DNA from: an uncultured Planctomycetota bacterium
GTDB taxonomy: Bacteria; Planctomycetota; Planctomycetia; Pirellulales; Lacipirellulaceae
Direction of reading: 5' to 3'
NCBI GenBank assembly: GCA_963719315.1
Contig: CAVRBU010000006.1
Location: forward strand, 96,001-160,000
DNA length: 64,000 nucleotides
Below, piece after piece: positions 1 to 9,833 of the stretch (position 1 is its first letter; every line of letters starts with the position of its first letter). The notes below the pieces were generated by a model. The model was not told the DNA's origin and did not search any database. It worked only from the letters and a program-made list of their open reading frames with translations. The translations under genes were made by a program, and so were the position numbers.

Positions 1-38
1 TCTTGCTATTGCTCTTCCAGCATCCTAAGCTGCCGATC

Positions 39-630
39 ATGGACATCACCCGTCCTCATCGTAAGCTCGTCAAGCACTACCACGAGCCCGGCGACCTGCA
101 CGAGTTGACATTCTCTTGTTATCACCGGCTGCCGATTCTCACCAACAATGATTGGCGAGAGCGATTGGCCCGATGCATCGACACGGCTGGCCAACAAACA
201 GGGATGGAGTTGGCCGCTTTCGTCTTTATGCCCGAGCACGTGCATCTGCTTGTCGTTCCCACGCCTCAAATCCAGCTATCGATCAGTATCTGGCATTAAT
301 CAAGCAACCATTTTCCAAATCGATGAAGGAATTGTTGCTCGATATCGAGTCGCCGCTGGTCGATCGACTCACGGTGCAAGAACGTCAGGCAAGACCTGTT
401 TTCGCTTCTGGCAAGAAGGCCCAGGATACGATCGAAACTTGAATACGCCAACTTCGGTAGAAGCTGCAATCGATTACATTCACCAGAACCCAGTCCCTCG
501 AGGTCTCGTCAAGCAGGCCATCGATTGGAAGTGGTCGAGTGCAAGCTGGTACTTGCTCAACTCGCCCCGCCAACAACTCGCAGGCCTTCCGTTCATCCAC
601 GGTTTGCCGATAGGAGTATTCGACAGGTGA
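39..630 (+). mobile_element. REP-associated tyrosine transposase (RAYT, Y1 HUH family), split by two frameshifts (~260, ~390)
   Basis: Three overlapping frames join into one protein: HELTFSC...FVFMPEHVHLL (HUH motif), LIKQPFS...LTVQER, and FWQEGPGYDRNL...IDYIHQNPV.RGLV...W.WSS (catalytic Tyr region). REP palindromes lie directly downstream. Confidence 0.85.
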
Positions 631-670
631 TGCAGCACGCAAAACACCGTCAAAGTCGTCGGCGTTAGTT

Positions 671-693
671 GGGTGCCACTGGCTCTGCCAGTG
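671..693. repeat. REP palindrome GGGTGCCACTGGCTCTGCCAGTG, inverted relative to the array copies
   Basis: Reverse complement of CACTGGCGGAGCCAGTGGCACCC (864-886) with one loop mismatch; 7-bp stem. Confidence 0.85.
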
Positions 694-813
694 CATGTTG
701 TATATGACCGTAGTCCAAGCACATTACGCTGGAAAATGGTTGGTATGAGAACGAAGCACTATCAGTTGTCGGGTAGTGTTGGGCAAGTTTCAGCTTGCGC
801 ACGGCCTTGCAAT

Positions 814-1090
814 GCTGGTGCGTTTGACTCGAACACTTGAGTGCAAGGGCCAGGCTAGAAGAGCACTGGCGGAGCCAGTGGCACCCTCGCTTGTGCCACT
901 GTGAGCGCGATGCTGGTGCGTTTGACTCGAACACTTGAGTGCAAGGGCCAGGCTAGAAGAGCACTGGCGGAGCCAGTGGCACCCTCGCTTGTGCCATTGT
1001 GGAGCGCGACGCTGGTGCGTTTGGCCCGAACACTTGAGTACAAGGGCCAGGCTAGAAGAGCACTGGCGGAGCCAGTGGCACCCTCACTTG
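814..1090 (+). repeat. Tandem array of three ~98-99 bp units, each carrying one REP (BIME-like)
   Basis: Units start at 814, 912 and 1011 (GCTGGTGCGTTTG...); REP cores at 864-886, 962-984 and 1061-1083; units are near-identical. Confidence 0.95.
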
Positions 1091-1109
1091 CATCTCTGTG
1101 GATCGCACG

Positions 1110-1137
1110 AAAAAGCCCCCGGCTTTCGCCGGGGGCT
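1110..1137 (-). terminator. Intrinsic terminator downstream of the PDZ gene
   Basis: Minus strand AGCCCCCGGC-GAAA-GCCGGGGGCT followed by TTTT. Confidence 0.75.
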
Positions 1138-1195
1138 CATGCAACGCGGAGGACTTCGGCGTTGCTATCGATCATCGCGATTCTTGCGGTTGGTT

Positions 1196-1711
1196 TTAGT
1201 CGAACAGCTTGTGAACTTGCTTGATCGTCTTGAGCGTCTGGCCGATATGGGGTACTTCGTTGTGCGGGTGCGGGCCGACATACGTGTTCGATTTGTAGTA
1301 GTGCTCGACCGGGCCGTTGCCAGAGTTCACGAACGTGTCGCGGAAGACTACGTTTCCGGTGCGAACGTCGCGGACTTTCAGGCGGATGTAGTTGCTGTCG
1401 TACAGGGCATTCGAAAGCGCATCGTTCCATGATCCAGGGTACGTCAGCTTGAAGCCGTTCAGGCTCAGCAGCACGTCGCCGGGCTCCAGTCCGAGGTACG
1501 AAGCGCGGCTACCGGGGCGGACAAACACGACGCGCTCGCCGAAGCCGTAAATCGTCGAACTGGAAAAACCAAACTTCGGCAGGCCATACGGTTCGCCGGG
1601 TGCGACCAGCAAGGCCTGGGGCGGGCCGGCTGCGGCGGCCGGCGCGACGAACGCCGACAGGGTCAGGCCGAACATCAAAAACAAAGCAGCGGTGCGGTAA
1701 CGAGCGTTCAT
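1196..1711 (-). CDS. Secreted PDZ-domain protein
   Basis: Signal peptide (MNARYRTAALFLMFGLTLSAFVAPAAA); PDZ signature VRPGSRASYLGLEPGDVLLSLNG. Confidence 0.8.
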   Translation of the reverse strand: MNARYRTAALFLMFGLTLSAFVAPAAAAGPPQALLVAPGEPYGLPKFGFSSSTIYGFGERVVFVRPGSRASYLGLEPGDVLLSLNGFKLTYPGSWNDALSNALYDSNYIRLKVRDVRTGNVVFRDTFVNSGNGPVEHYYKSNTYVGPHPHNEVPHIGQTLKTIKQVHKLFD

Positions 1712-1780
1712 GACAATCTCCGGAACTTGTAGTGGGTCGTTTGTTCCACCTGATCGTGTCAGGTACGCTTGGCCCATAAC

Positions 1781-1795
1781 GCAAGCACCGTGCCA
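1781..1795 (-). promoter_or_regulatory. Sigma-54 (-24/-12) promoter of the PDZ gene
   Basis: Minus strand TGGCACG-GTGC-TTGC matches the consensus TGGCACG-N4-TTGC, ~70 bp upstream of the ATG. Confidence 0.7.
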
Positions 1796-1992
1796 CTCTT
1801 GCAAGGCGACAGGACCAAAAACGTCCGCGCCCGAGAAAACCGCGGAAAATAAGACCGCCGCAATGAATCGAACTTTTGGTTCGGCACACTTCGGCAGCCG
1901 AATGTCGTCAAAGCGACGACGGCCGTTTCAGAATGAGATGAGGGTATTTAACGGCAAGGCAATCTCACCTCGCTACGGCGAGTTCCGAGCAA

Positions 1993-2020
1993 CCCGGCCC
2001 TCTCCTGGAGGGAGAGGGAG
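1993..2020. repeat. REP-like palindrome (CCCTCTCC...GGAGAGGG family)
   Basis: Related copy at 39926-39960. Confidence 0.75.
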
Positions 2021-2039
2021 TTTAGTTGTGTAACATCCG

Positions 2040-3059
2040 TTAAGCCGCGCCGTAATTGACCGTATCGAGAAGTTGCCTCAATCGGCCGAGGCTGCGGCGG
2101 TTGAAGTTGAAGATGAGCCGTGCTCGCGCGGAATTCGACCCGCTCATAGCCGGCTCGGCATCTTGCCGAAATTCGCCGTCGGTCAAAATGTCGGCGAAGT
2201 CGCGCTGAATGGCTCGCAACTTGGCGGCGGGAACTTGCTTTTTCAGCCGCAGCACCAGTCGATTGTTTACGTACTCCATGTCGTCGTACACGCGGTAGAA
2301 CCGCAGAATCTCGTCAACCGTTTCCTCAACGCTGTCGGTCACGCGAAATAGCGACATGTCCTCGAGCGAGATCATCTTGCCCTTCAGCAGGTGCCGCTTG
2401 ATGTACGCCAGCCAATCTTGCCAATACGAGCCGCCGGGCGAATCGAGAAACACCAGCGGCATCAGCTCTCGCTTGCCAGTCTGCAGGAGCGTGAGAACCT
2501 CGAACGCCTCGTCAAGCGTGCCAAAGCCGCCGGGCAGGCAGACCACGGCGTCGCATTCCTTGACGAACATCAGCTTGCGCGTGAAGAAGTACTTCATCGT
2601 CACGAGCTTGTCGTCGCCGCGAATGATCTCGTTGGCCGCCTGCTCGAACGGCAGCATGATGTTGATGCCCATCGAGCGGTCGCGTCCGGCCCCGCGATGG
2701 CCGGCTTCCATGATGCCGGTCGCCGCGCCCGTGACAATGAACCATCCGTTTTGGGCCATCGCGTGGGCAAGCTGCTCGGCGGCGTTGTAGGCCGGCGCGT
2801 CCCGCGGCGTGCGGGCGGAGCCGAACACGGTAACTTTGCGCTGCGAACGATACGGAGCGAAAACCGTGAACGCGCGCCGTAGTTCCCGCAGCGTCTGGCT
2901 GAGAATTTTCAGGTCTTCGTGCGGCGTGTACTCGACCGGCAACTGGTCGGCCGCCTGCCGCAACCGCCGAATGAGGTCGGCGATCTGTTGACGATTGCCC
3001 GCGTCCGTGCCATCGCCATTGAAGAGCGATCCGATGCCGTTATCGCTCTTATCGATCAC
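2040..3059 (-). CDS. LOG family (TIGR00730-like) nucleotide phosphoribohydrolase
   Basis: VTVFGSAR, YFFTRKLMFVK and PGGFGTLDE motifs. Confidence 0.9.
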   Translation of the reverse strand: MIDKSDNGIGSLFNGDGTDAGNRQQIADLIRRLRQAADQLPVEYTPHEDLKILSQTLRELRRAFTVFAPYRSQRKVTVFGSARTPRDAPAYNAAEQLAHAMAQNGWFIVTGAATGIMEAGHRGAGRDRSMGINIMLPFEQAANEIIRGDDKLVTMKYFFTRKLMFVKECDAVVCLPGGFGTLDEAFEVLTLLQTGKRELMPLVFLDSPGGSYWQDWLAYIKRHLLKGKMISLEDMSLFRVTDSVEETVDEILRFYRVYDDMEYVNNRLVLRLKKQVPAAKLRAIQRDFADILTDGEFRQDAEPAMSGSNSARARLIFNFNRRSLGRLRQLLDTVNYGAA

Positions 3060-3132
3060 ATGTTACCTCGCGGGAAGCGGGGCGCCATGCTCACGCGAGG
3101 CCGCCGAGCGTGAGCATGCAGTGGTGCGTTGC

Positions 3133-3253
3133 GGCTTTGCCCACATAGTCTTGGGTAGGTCCCTTCTGCCGGAAGGGACCTGAGCAAATTCACGAAGTTG
3201 TAGAGCAGGTTCAGGTCCCGCTCGGCAAGCGGGACCTACTTTTTGGGCAATGC
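3133..3253 (+). repeat. ~120-bp REPIN/MITE-like element, copy 1
   Basis: Two inverted GTAGGTCCC-type REPs inside GGCTTTGCCCA...TGGGCAATGC ends; homologous inverted copy at 17735-17854. Confidence 0.8.
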
Positions 3254-3316
3254 GGGTGCGTAGCTAAACACGCCCACGCCAAGCCGAGGGCAGGCCACCC
3301 AAAACCTGTGCCGGCC

Positions 3317-3565
3317 TTAGGCCGCGGGGTGGCGATAGTACTGGTAGGCCAACAGCACTTCGTACAGATCGGCCGAGATCGTGATCTGGTCGTCCTCGAA
3401 GTCCGTGAGCCAGGTGCGTCGGCTGGCGACGGCGTCGGCCAACAGCGGCAATACTTCGCCCAGAGCGACCGTGACCGTGGCCGGAGCTGCCTTCTTGCTA
3501 GCGGAACGGACAGGGGCCTGTTTTTCGGCCGGGCCGCGATAAATTCGCAGGTTCGAGTGGGCCAT
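3317..3565 (-). CDS. Small hypothetical protein
   Basis: 82-aa ORF with GGAAG RBS-like sequence; protein-like composition (WLTDFEDDQITISADLYEVL). Confidence 0.7.
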   Translation of the reverse strand: MAHSNLRIYRGPAEKQAPVRSASKKAAPATVTVALGEVLPLLADAVASRRTWLTDFEDDQITISADLYEVLLAYQYYRHPAA

Positions 3566-3794
3566 GGGATGCTTCCTTACATGCCAGTGGGGGGAGATCT
3601 AGCGAGCGCAGCATCTTGCCGCCTACCAGAACGGTCGTTCTGGATTCGCATCGTCAGTGATCGGCAGCGCGGACGTAACGGATTGACCTTTTTTTCGGAC
3701 AACTCCCATTTTTTGACGTGAGCAAGCTGGCATGATGGCACTGAAGTGGCCGAAACTTCCGACAAATGCCACAATGGGACAGTTGCAACCCGCA

Positions 3795-3958
3795 TGCTGG
3801 ATGCTGGATACTAGTTGCTCGATGCTAGCTCCAACTTTCGGCGGATGGCTGGGATCGAGTCCGTCGAGGCGGACGAGCCCACAGAGCAATAGGGTTCGCG
3901 TTCAGTTCGACTGCAGCCATCCATCGCGGCAACCAGTATCGAGTATCCAGCATTCCAG
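3795..3958. repeat. Inverted heptamer-array pair (TGCTGGA)n...(TCCAGCA)n with a nested inverted repeat, upstream of tex
   Basis: Left 3795-3827, right 3932-3958; inner GGATGGCTG/CAGCCATCC. Confidence 0.75.
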
Positions 3959-3976
3959 TCCCCGGTCGGCTACTTC

Positions 3977-6539
3977 ATGGCATCTGAGATTGCGATCGAC
4001 TTCGGCCGCCTGACGCGCGAGCTGGGCATCGACCAGGACAAAGTCGCCCGCACCGTCGCCCTCTTGGACGACGGCAACACGGTGCCATTCATCACTCGCT
4101 ACCGCCGCGATCAGACCGGCGGGCTCGATGAAGAGCAGATCGGCCGCATTCGCGAGAGTGTTACGAAGCTTCGCCTGCTCGATGAACGCAAACAGACGAT
4201 CCTGCGTTCGATCGAATCGCAGCACGCGCTCACCGACGAGCTGCGCGAGCTCGATTGCGCGGGCCGACAGCGTGAAGCGGCTCGAAGATTTGTACCTGCC
4301 GTACCGCCCGAAGAAACAAACGCTCGCGACGAAGGCTCACGAGCAAGGCCTCGCGCCGCTGGCCCGAGAAATCCTTACGCAAGACAAAGCGGCCGCGGAC
4401 CTCGACTTGCGGGCCGCCGATTTTATCAATCCGGACAAATGCATCCCGGACGCCGCGACAGCCCTCCTCGGCGCCGGCCATATTCTCGCCGAGCAGTTCA
4501 GCGAGGACCCCGAGCTTCGCCAAAAAGTCCGCAAGCTGTACCGCAAGACGGGCAGACTCGTGAGCGCGAAGCTCGAAGACAACCCCAAGAAGAATCAGCA
4601 GTTCCACGATTATCTCGACTTCCGCGAACCGCTGCAACGCATTCCGCCCCACCGCGTGCTCGCCATCAACCGCGGCGAACGGGCCAAAGTGCTGCGGGTG
4701 CAAGTCGAGGCCGATAACGGCCAGATCGAAGAGCTGGGCATCGAGCAACTCGTGCCGCCGGAGCACGCCCACAAAGAGTTTCTCACTGGCTGCGTCCGCG
4801 ATGCGCTCGCGCGACTGATTTTGCCCAGCCTGGAGCGCGAAGTCCGCCGCGAGCTTACCGATAAGGCCGAGGCGCACGCGGTCGAAGTGTTTGCCCGCAA
4901 TCTCCGCAACTTGCTGCTGCAGCCGCCGCTGCCGGGCAGGCGGATATTAGCCGTCGACCCGGGTTACAAGAACGGCTGCAAGCTGGCCGTGCTTGACGAG
5001 TTCGGCAAACTCCTGGCCCACGATGTCATTTACGTCGTCGGCAGCGACGAACAAAAAGCTGCCGGCCGCGCGAAGTTGGTCGCGTTCATCACGGAACACA
5101 ATCTGAATGTCATCGCAATTGGCAACGGCACTGCCTGCCGCCAGACAGAACAACTGATCGCCGAAATCCTGGGCAACGAGCTCGCTGCTCAAGACGTGCA
5201 TTACGTCGTCGTCAACGAGGCCGGCGCAAGCGTCTATTCGACCAGCGAAGTCGGTCGAGAAGAGTTTCCCGAGTGCGACGCCATTCAACGCAGCGCGATT
5301 TCAATCGGCAGGCGGTTGCAGGACCCGCTCAGTGAGTTGGTTAAGATCGACCCCGCCAGCATCGGCGTGGGTTTGTACCAGCACGACGCACGGGCCAAGC
5401 ACCTTCGCGATTCGCTCGATGACGTGGTGCAATCGTGCGTCAGCTTCGTGGGTGTCGAGCTCAACAGCGCAAGCACGCCGCTGCTGCGGTACGTTTCGGG
5501 CATGAACCAGCTCACGGCGCGGAGGGTGTATGAGCATCGCCAGCAAAATGGGCCGTTCAAGAACCGCCAGCAGCTTTTGGAAGTGAGCGGCCTCGGCAAC
5601 GCGACATTTGTGCAATCCGCCGGCTTTTTGAAAATCGTCGGCGGCGATCAGCCGCTCGATGCTACCTGGATTCACCCCGAAAACTACGAAGCCGCCAAAA
5701 AGCTGTTGGAAAAGCTCGGGATCGACCCTGCCACGGTCACCAGCGGCGCAAGCGCAGCCAAAATCCGTGAGCTCGTCGCGCCGCTCGATCGCCAGGCCCT
5801 AGCCGCCGAGCTTGGCGTCGGCCAACTCGCGTTGGACGACATGATCGAAGCGCTCTGCCGACCAGGTCGCGACCCGCGCGAAGATCTGCCGCCGCCCATC
5901 TTCCGCAAGGATGTGGTCAAGTTCGAAGATCTGCAAGCCGGTATGGAACTCCGCGGCACCGTGCTGAATGTCGTCGATTTTGGCGCGTTCGTCGATGTCG
6001 GCCTCTCGGATAGCGGTCTCATCCATATCAGCCAACTCAGCGCCGGCTACGTCCGCGATCCGCATCAGGTCGTGGCCGTCGGCGATCAGGTGCGGGCCTG
6101 GGTTTCCTCGATCGACCAACAGCGCCGCCGCGTGGCACTCACGATGATCCCGCCCGGCACCGAACGACCCAAGCCAACCAAATCGCGCGGACGCGGTCGC
6201 CGCGAAGACGCCCCGCAACAACCGCGACCGCAAATTTCGCCGACAGAAGGCACTCGGACGCCTGCCGAAAGAACCGCCGCCCCCCCGCGACGCGGCGGCA
6301 AACCTCGCCATGATCGCCGCGGGCCGCCGCAACGCCAGCCGCGGACCGGCTCGTACGAAAAGCGAGCCCCAAAGACAGTCGTGCCAATCACCAAAGAAAT
6401 GGAAGCCGGCAAAGCCTATCTCCGTTCCTTCGGCGACTTGTTGCAGTTCCAACAGAAGAAAAAAGAGCACGACGGCGACGAGACGAAATCAGACGACCTG
6501 CCGGAATCGCCGAGTTCAAACGGAACCAAACCGAGTTAG
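3977..6539 (+). CDS. tex: Tex-like transcription accessory protein with S1 domain; one frameshift near 4250
   Basis: GNTVPFITRYRRDQTGGLDE N-terminus, EDLYLPYRPKK, AVDPG..GCKLAV, VNEAGASVYS, HhH motifs, C-terminal S1 domain (NVVDFGAFVDVG). Confidence 0.9.
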
Positions 6540-6586
6540 TCGAGAGTCGAGAGCCAGAAGAGATTTCTGGCTCTTGACTCTCGACT
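6538..6586. repeat. Inverted heptamer-array pair (AGTCGAG)n...(CTCGACT)n
   Basis: AGTCGAGAGTCGAGAGCCAGA ... TCTGGCTCTTGACTCTCGACT directly after the tex stop. Confidence 0.8.
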
Positions 6587-6605
6587 TTAAGCTCTTGTCC
6601 CGCCC

Positions 6606-7088
6606 ATGAGCTTCAAAGAGCGATTACAACGAGCTACCGAACGCGGCAAGCAAGTCCGCGCGGCCCAACTCAACGAGGAGGCGGCCAAAGCGCTCAGCGA
6701 AGAAGAGTGCCGCCGGCTCCACTCGCAGTATCGGCTCGCGCTCACCGACCACATCGAGAATTGCCTCGGCGAGTTGGCCGATAATTTTCCCGGATTTCGC
6801 GCCGAAACGATCGTCGATGAAACCGGCTGGGGCACCGCCGTCAGCCGCGACGACCTCGGTCTTGCCGCCGGCCGACGCAACTCGTTCTTCAGCCGGATGC
6901 AAGTCGTCGTCAGCCCGTACAGCCAGTACCGCGTGCTGGATATCGCCGCGAAAGGCACGGTGCGGAACAAAGAAGTGGTCAGCCGCAACCACTATCAGCG
7001 CCTGGCCGAAGTCGATCTGCAAACGTTCCGCGAACTGATCGAGACCTGGGCGCTCGATTACGCGGAGCTTTACTCGGCCGCGGTGTAA
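6606..7088 (+). CDS. Hypothetical protein
   Basis: 160-aa ORF co-oriented with tex; typical codon usage. Confidence 0.75.
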   Translation: MSFKERLQRATERGKQVRAAQLNEEAAKALSEEECRRLHSQYRLALTDHIENCLGELADNFPGFRAETIVDETGWGTAVSRDDLGLAAGRRNSFFSRMQVVVSPYSQYRVLDIAAKGTVRNKEVVSRNHYQRLAEVDLQTFRELIETWALDYAELYSAAV

Positions 7089-7162
7089 TCCAACCCAAGG
7101 TTGTGCGCGGCCTCCCAAGTTGTGCGCGGGTCTCCCGACCCCGCACCGTCGGAGACCTGCGG

Positions 7163-7859
7163 TCACCGATTCGGCGAGGTCGAGAGAGCTGCGCCGAACA
7201 CGAGTTTCCGCCCCGGTACACGACCCTCTGCATGGACATTGAGCGGCGCGTCGCCGCGCCAGAGCGAGAGCTTACGCAACCAACCAGGCACGACCGACAA
7301 CGTCGGCGCCGAGAGCGTGATCGAAATCTGGTCGCCGTCCCCCGCGAAATCGCTCGCCGACGGGCATGCCGTTCTGCACTAGGTTCAATTGCAGTTGTCC
7401 GCTCAATTCGGGGTAGCCCGCCAGCCGACGCTCCACCACCGCCGTAATGCTTTGCACCGTAGCCCGCGGCAATGTCGCCTCAACGGCGCCTGCCCGCGCC
7501 GCCACATTCAAGGCATGTTCCGCCGAAACCAGGTAAGCGAATTCAACGAGCACGCTTGCCGCGAAACCAAGTACCGCCGCCACAGCAGCCCATTGCAACA
7601 CCCACCCCACACCGCGCGTTTGAGCAACGCTAGGTGGCTGGGATCCAAGGACACCGCGGCCGCCATGGTCGGTGGCGGGTGGCTGGGGTTGAGCGCCGGC
7701 GAGCCCCCGACGGACCTGGGTAAGCTCTTCTACTTCCTCTGCTGCGAAACAACCGGCCGTTTCGTCAACATCCTCCACCCATTCGAAATCGGGGCAGTCA
7801 ATCGTCTTCGGCCGATCGAAATGGGCGAGTAGCGCATGCGATGTTTGGTCGGCATCCAT
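7163..7859 (-). CDS. TadE-like pilin-domain membrane protein; probable frameshift near 7340
   Basis: TM helix followed by NVAARAGAVEATLP (TadE-like); an alternative frame continues VVPGWLRKL... to a stop at 7163. Confidence 0.55.
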
Positions 7860-7911
7860 CCTTCCAGGCTAATTGCGACCTGCGACCGGTGCAAAAGTTC
7901 TTGCGCCGATT

Positions 7912-8002
7912 GTAGTGAGCACGCTCCGCGTGCCGTAACCTGCGCCTGAATAATCCGTGCGTTCCGGTTAGAAGGCTACGGCACGCGAAGCGTGCCCGCT
8001 AC
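7912..8002. repeat. GTAG-type REP doublet (GCACGCTCCGCGTGC family)
   Basis: Inverted pair; a single related copy at 58161-58188. Confidence 0.8.
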
Positions 8003-8004
8003 TT

Positions 8005-9270
8005 TCACTCGTCGAACGCGACCTCCAGCCCCGGCACGGCTGCTTTCAGCTTGGCGACGCCTTTCTTGCTCACCGCCGTCAGCCGCAGTTCCAACTTCTT
8101 GAGCGACTTGCACTCCCGCAGATGCTCGAGGCCGTCATCCGTCACGCCGGTTTCGTTGAGCGTGAGCGTGCCCAATTCCGGCAACGTGGCGATGGCTTTG
8201 AGTCCATCATCATCGACGCCCGTGTTGTCGAGATTCAAATACTTGAGTTTCGTCAGCTTGGCCACGTGCTCCATGCCTGCGTTTCCGACCGGCGTGTTCC
8301 ACAGCGTAAGCCACACGAGCTCCTTCATATCGGCAAGATTCGCCAGGCCCTCGTTGCTGGCCCGCGTCTCGCTCAAATCGAGTTTGCGAAGTTGCTTCAT
8401 GTCGCGCAGGTTTACGAGTCCGTCGCCGCTGATGAATGTCGCCCGCAGAAACAGGATTCGCAGCTTCGTAAGTTTTTTGAGGTGCGCGAGCCCATCGTCG
8501 CTGATCGGCACACGCATCAAATCGAGGTCGTCGAGCTCGGTGAGGTCCGAGAGATGTTTCAAGCCGGCGTCGGTGACCTTGGTATCCTCCAGCGCCAGTC
8601 CGCGCAGTTTCTTCATGCCTTCCAGGTACACGAGCCCCGCGTCCGTCACGCCTGCCGAACGAATCTTGAGCGCGCCCAAGCCGGTGAGCGGCGCGAGGTG
8701 GGCCAGGCCGGCATCCGTAATCAGGCAGCCGCGCAAATCGAGCAGCCGCAACTTTTTCGCATTCGAGAGATGCGCGAGGCCGGCGTCGCCGATCTTCGTA
8801 TAGAGCAGCGTCAAGTATGCCAACTCCGGCAACTTGCCTACCGGCTCCATGCCCACATCGGATATGCCGGTGTCGCGCTGCAGATTCAGCTTCTTGAGTT
8901 TCTTAATTGCTCCCAGCTTGGCTAACCCCGCATCGGTGATCCGCGTGTTCTGCAACTCAAGCTCAGCCAGGTCGCCGAGCGGCAGCAAGTAGTCGATCCC
9001 CGCGTCGGTGATGCCAGCGCCCCAAACTACAAGCGATCGGAGCTTCGGCGCCGCGGCCAACAGGCGGAGATCGCTATCCGTCGCCGGTCGATTCTCCAAA
9101 TTAATGGCCGTGATATTGCCCGCCGAATCGCGAGTCACTTGGCCTGAAAGCTGTTCGACCCGGTCTAGGAGTGCTTTTTGACCGGCCTCCGCCGCTCTCG
9201 TACCCGGGGAGCAGCACGCGAATAACAGGGTCCAAACAGCGGCTGCGATCACGATTTTCAACGGTTTCAT
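8005..9270 (-). CDS. Secreted leucine-rich repeat protein (RNI-like, 24-aa repeats)
   Basis: Signal peptide and repeated L..L.L..T.ITDAGL.HL units. Confidence 0.9.
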   Translation of the reverse strand: MKPLKIVIAAAVWTLLFACCSPGTRAAEAGQKALLDRVEQLSGQVTRDSAGNITAINLENRPATDSDLRLLAAAPKLRSLVVWGAGITDAGIDYLLPLGDLAELELQNTRITDAGLAKLGAIKKLKKLNLQRDTGISDVGMEPVGKLPELAYLTLLYTKIGDAGLAHLSNAKKLRLLDLRGCLITDAGLAHLAPLTGLGALKIRSAGVTDAGLVYLEGMKKLRGLALEDTKVTDAGLKHLSDLTELDDLDLMRVPISDDGLAHLKKLTKLRILFLRATFISGDGLVNLRDMKQLRKLDLSETRASNEGLANLADMKELVWLTLWNTPVGNAGMEHVAKLTKLKYLNLDNTGVDDDGLKAIATLPELGTLTLNETGVTDDGLEHLRECKSLKKLELRLTAVSKKGVAKLKAAVPGLEVAFDE

Positions 9271-9442
9271 CGAACAATTCCTCTCGGCGTGCATAAGACT
9301 GCTAGGGGCATGTTGTCACAAAGCAGCGACAAGACCGGTTTCCGATAGCCTAGTTTCCCCAAGTTTGATTGGCAAATTGAGATCAAAATACCTTTCCCCG
9401 CTCAATCGGGGTGATTCACTTATTCAAAATGGAGAAATAGGC

Positions 9443-9532
9443 GTGGGAGGCATCTCCGACGCCGATTTCGCTCAAATATCGAGAACGGATTGAAGTGCGC
9501 CGCCCCATCGGGGGCGGAGATCCCTCGCGCAA
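9443..9532. repeat. REP doublet (GTGGGAGGC.TCTCCGACGCCGA family)
   Basis: Related degenerate doublets at 21546-21620 and 45646-45735. Confidence 0.65.
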
Positions 9533-9604
9533 CTCTCCCCAGATTCAACTAATGAATGGCCCTGCCCGCACAAGGCGGGCGTCCCAATTTGCGGCACAAC
9601 AAGC

Positions 9605-9659
9605 TTGTAGCACGGACTTCAGTCCGTACGAGAATCACGGACTGAAGTCCGTGCTACAA
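9605..9659. repeat. GTAG-type REP doublet (ACGGACTTCAGTCCGT)
   Basis: TTGTAGCACGGACTTCAGTCCGT ... ACGGACTGAAGTCCGTGCTACAA perfect inverted pair. Confidence 0.85.
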
Positions 9660-9833
9660 TGTTCCGGTCCGAACGGTGCCAAACTAGGACCACCCGCACA
9701 AGGTGTTTGATTCCCGCCACCACGCCCGTTATGCTGTTAGTTCATGTATACGTCAGGCTAAAGCCTGACGATGCGGGCTGAATCAGGCTCAAGCCTGACG
9801 TCCTTACTAACTTCGATGCCGGAGACCCTCCCG

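Noticed and set aside
814..1090. CRISPR array or guide-RNA array
   Set aside because: Whole units are near-identical with no unique spacers, and there are no cas genes in the window.
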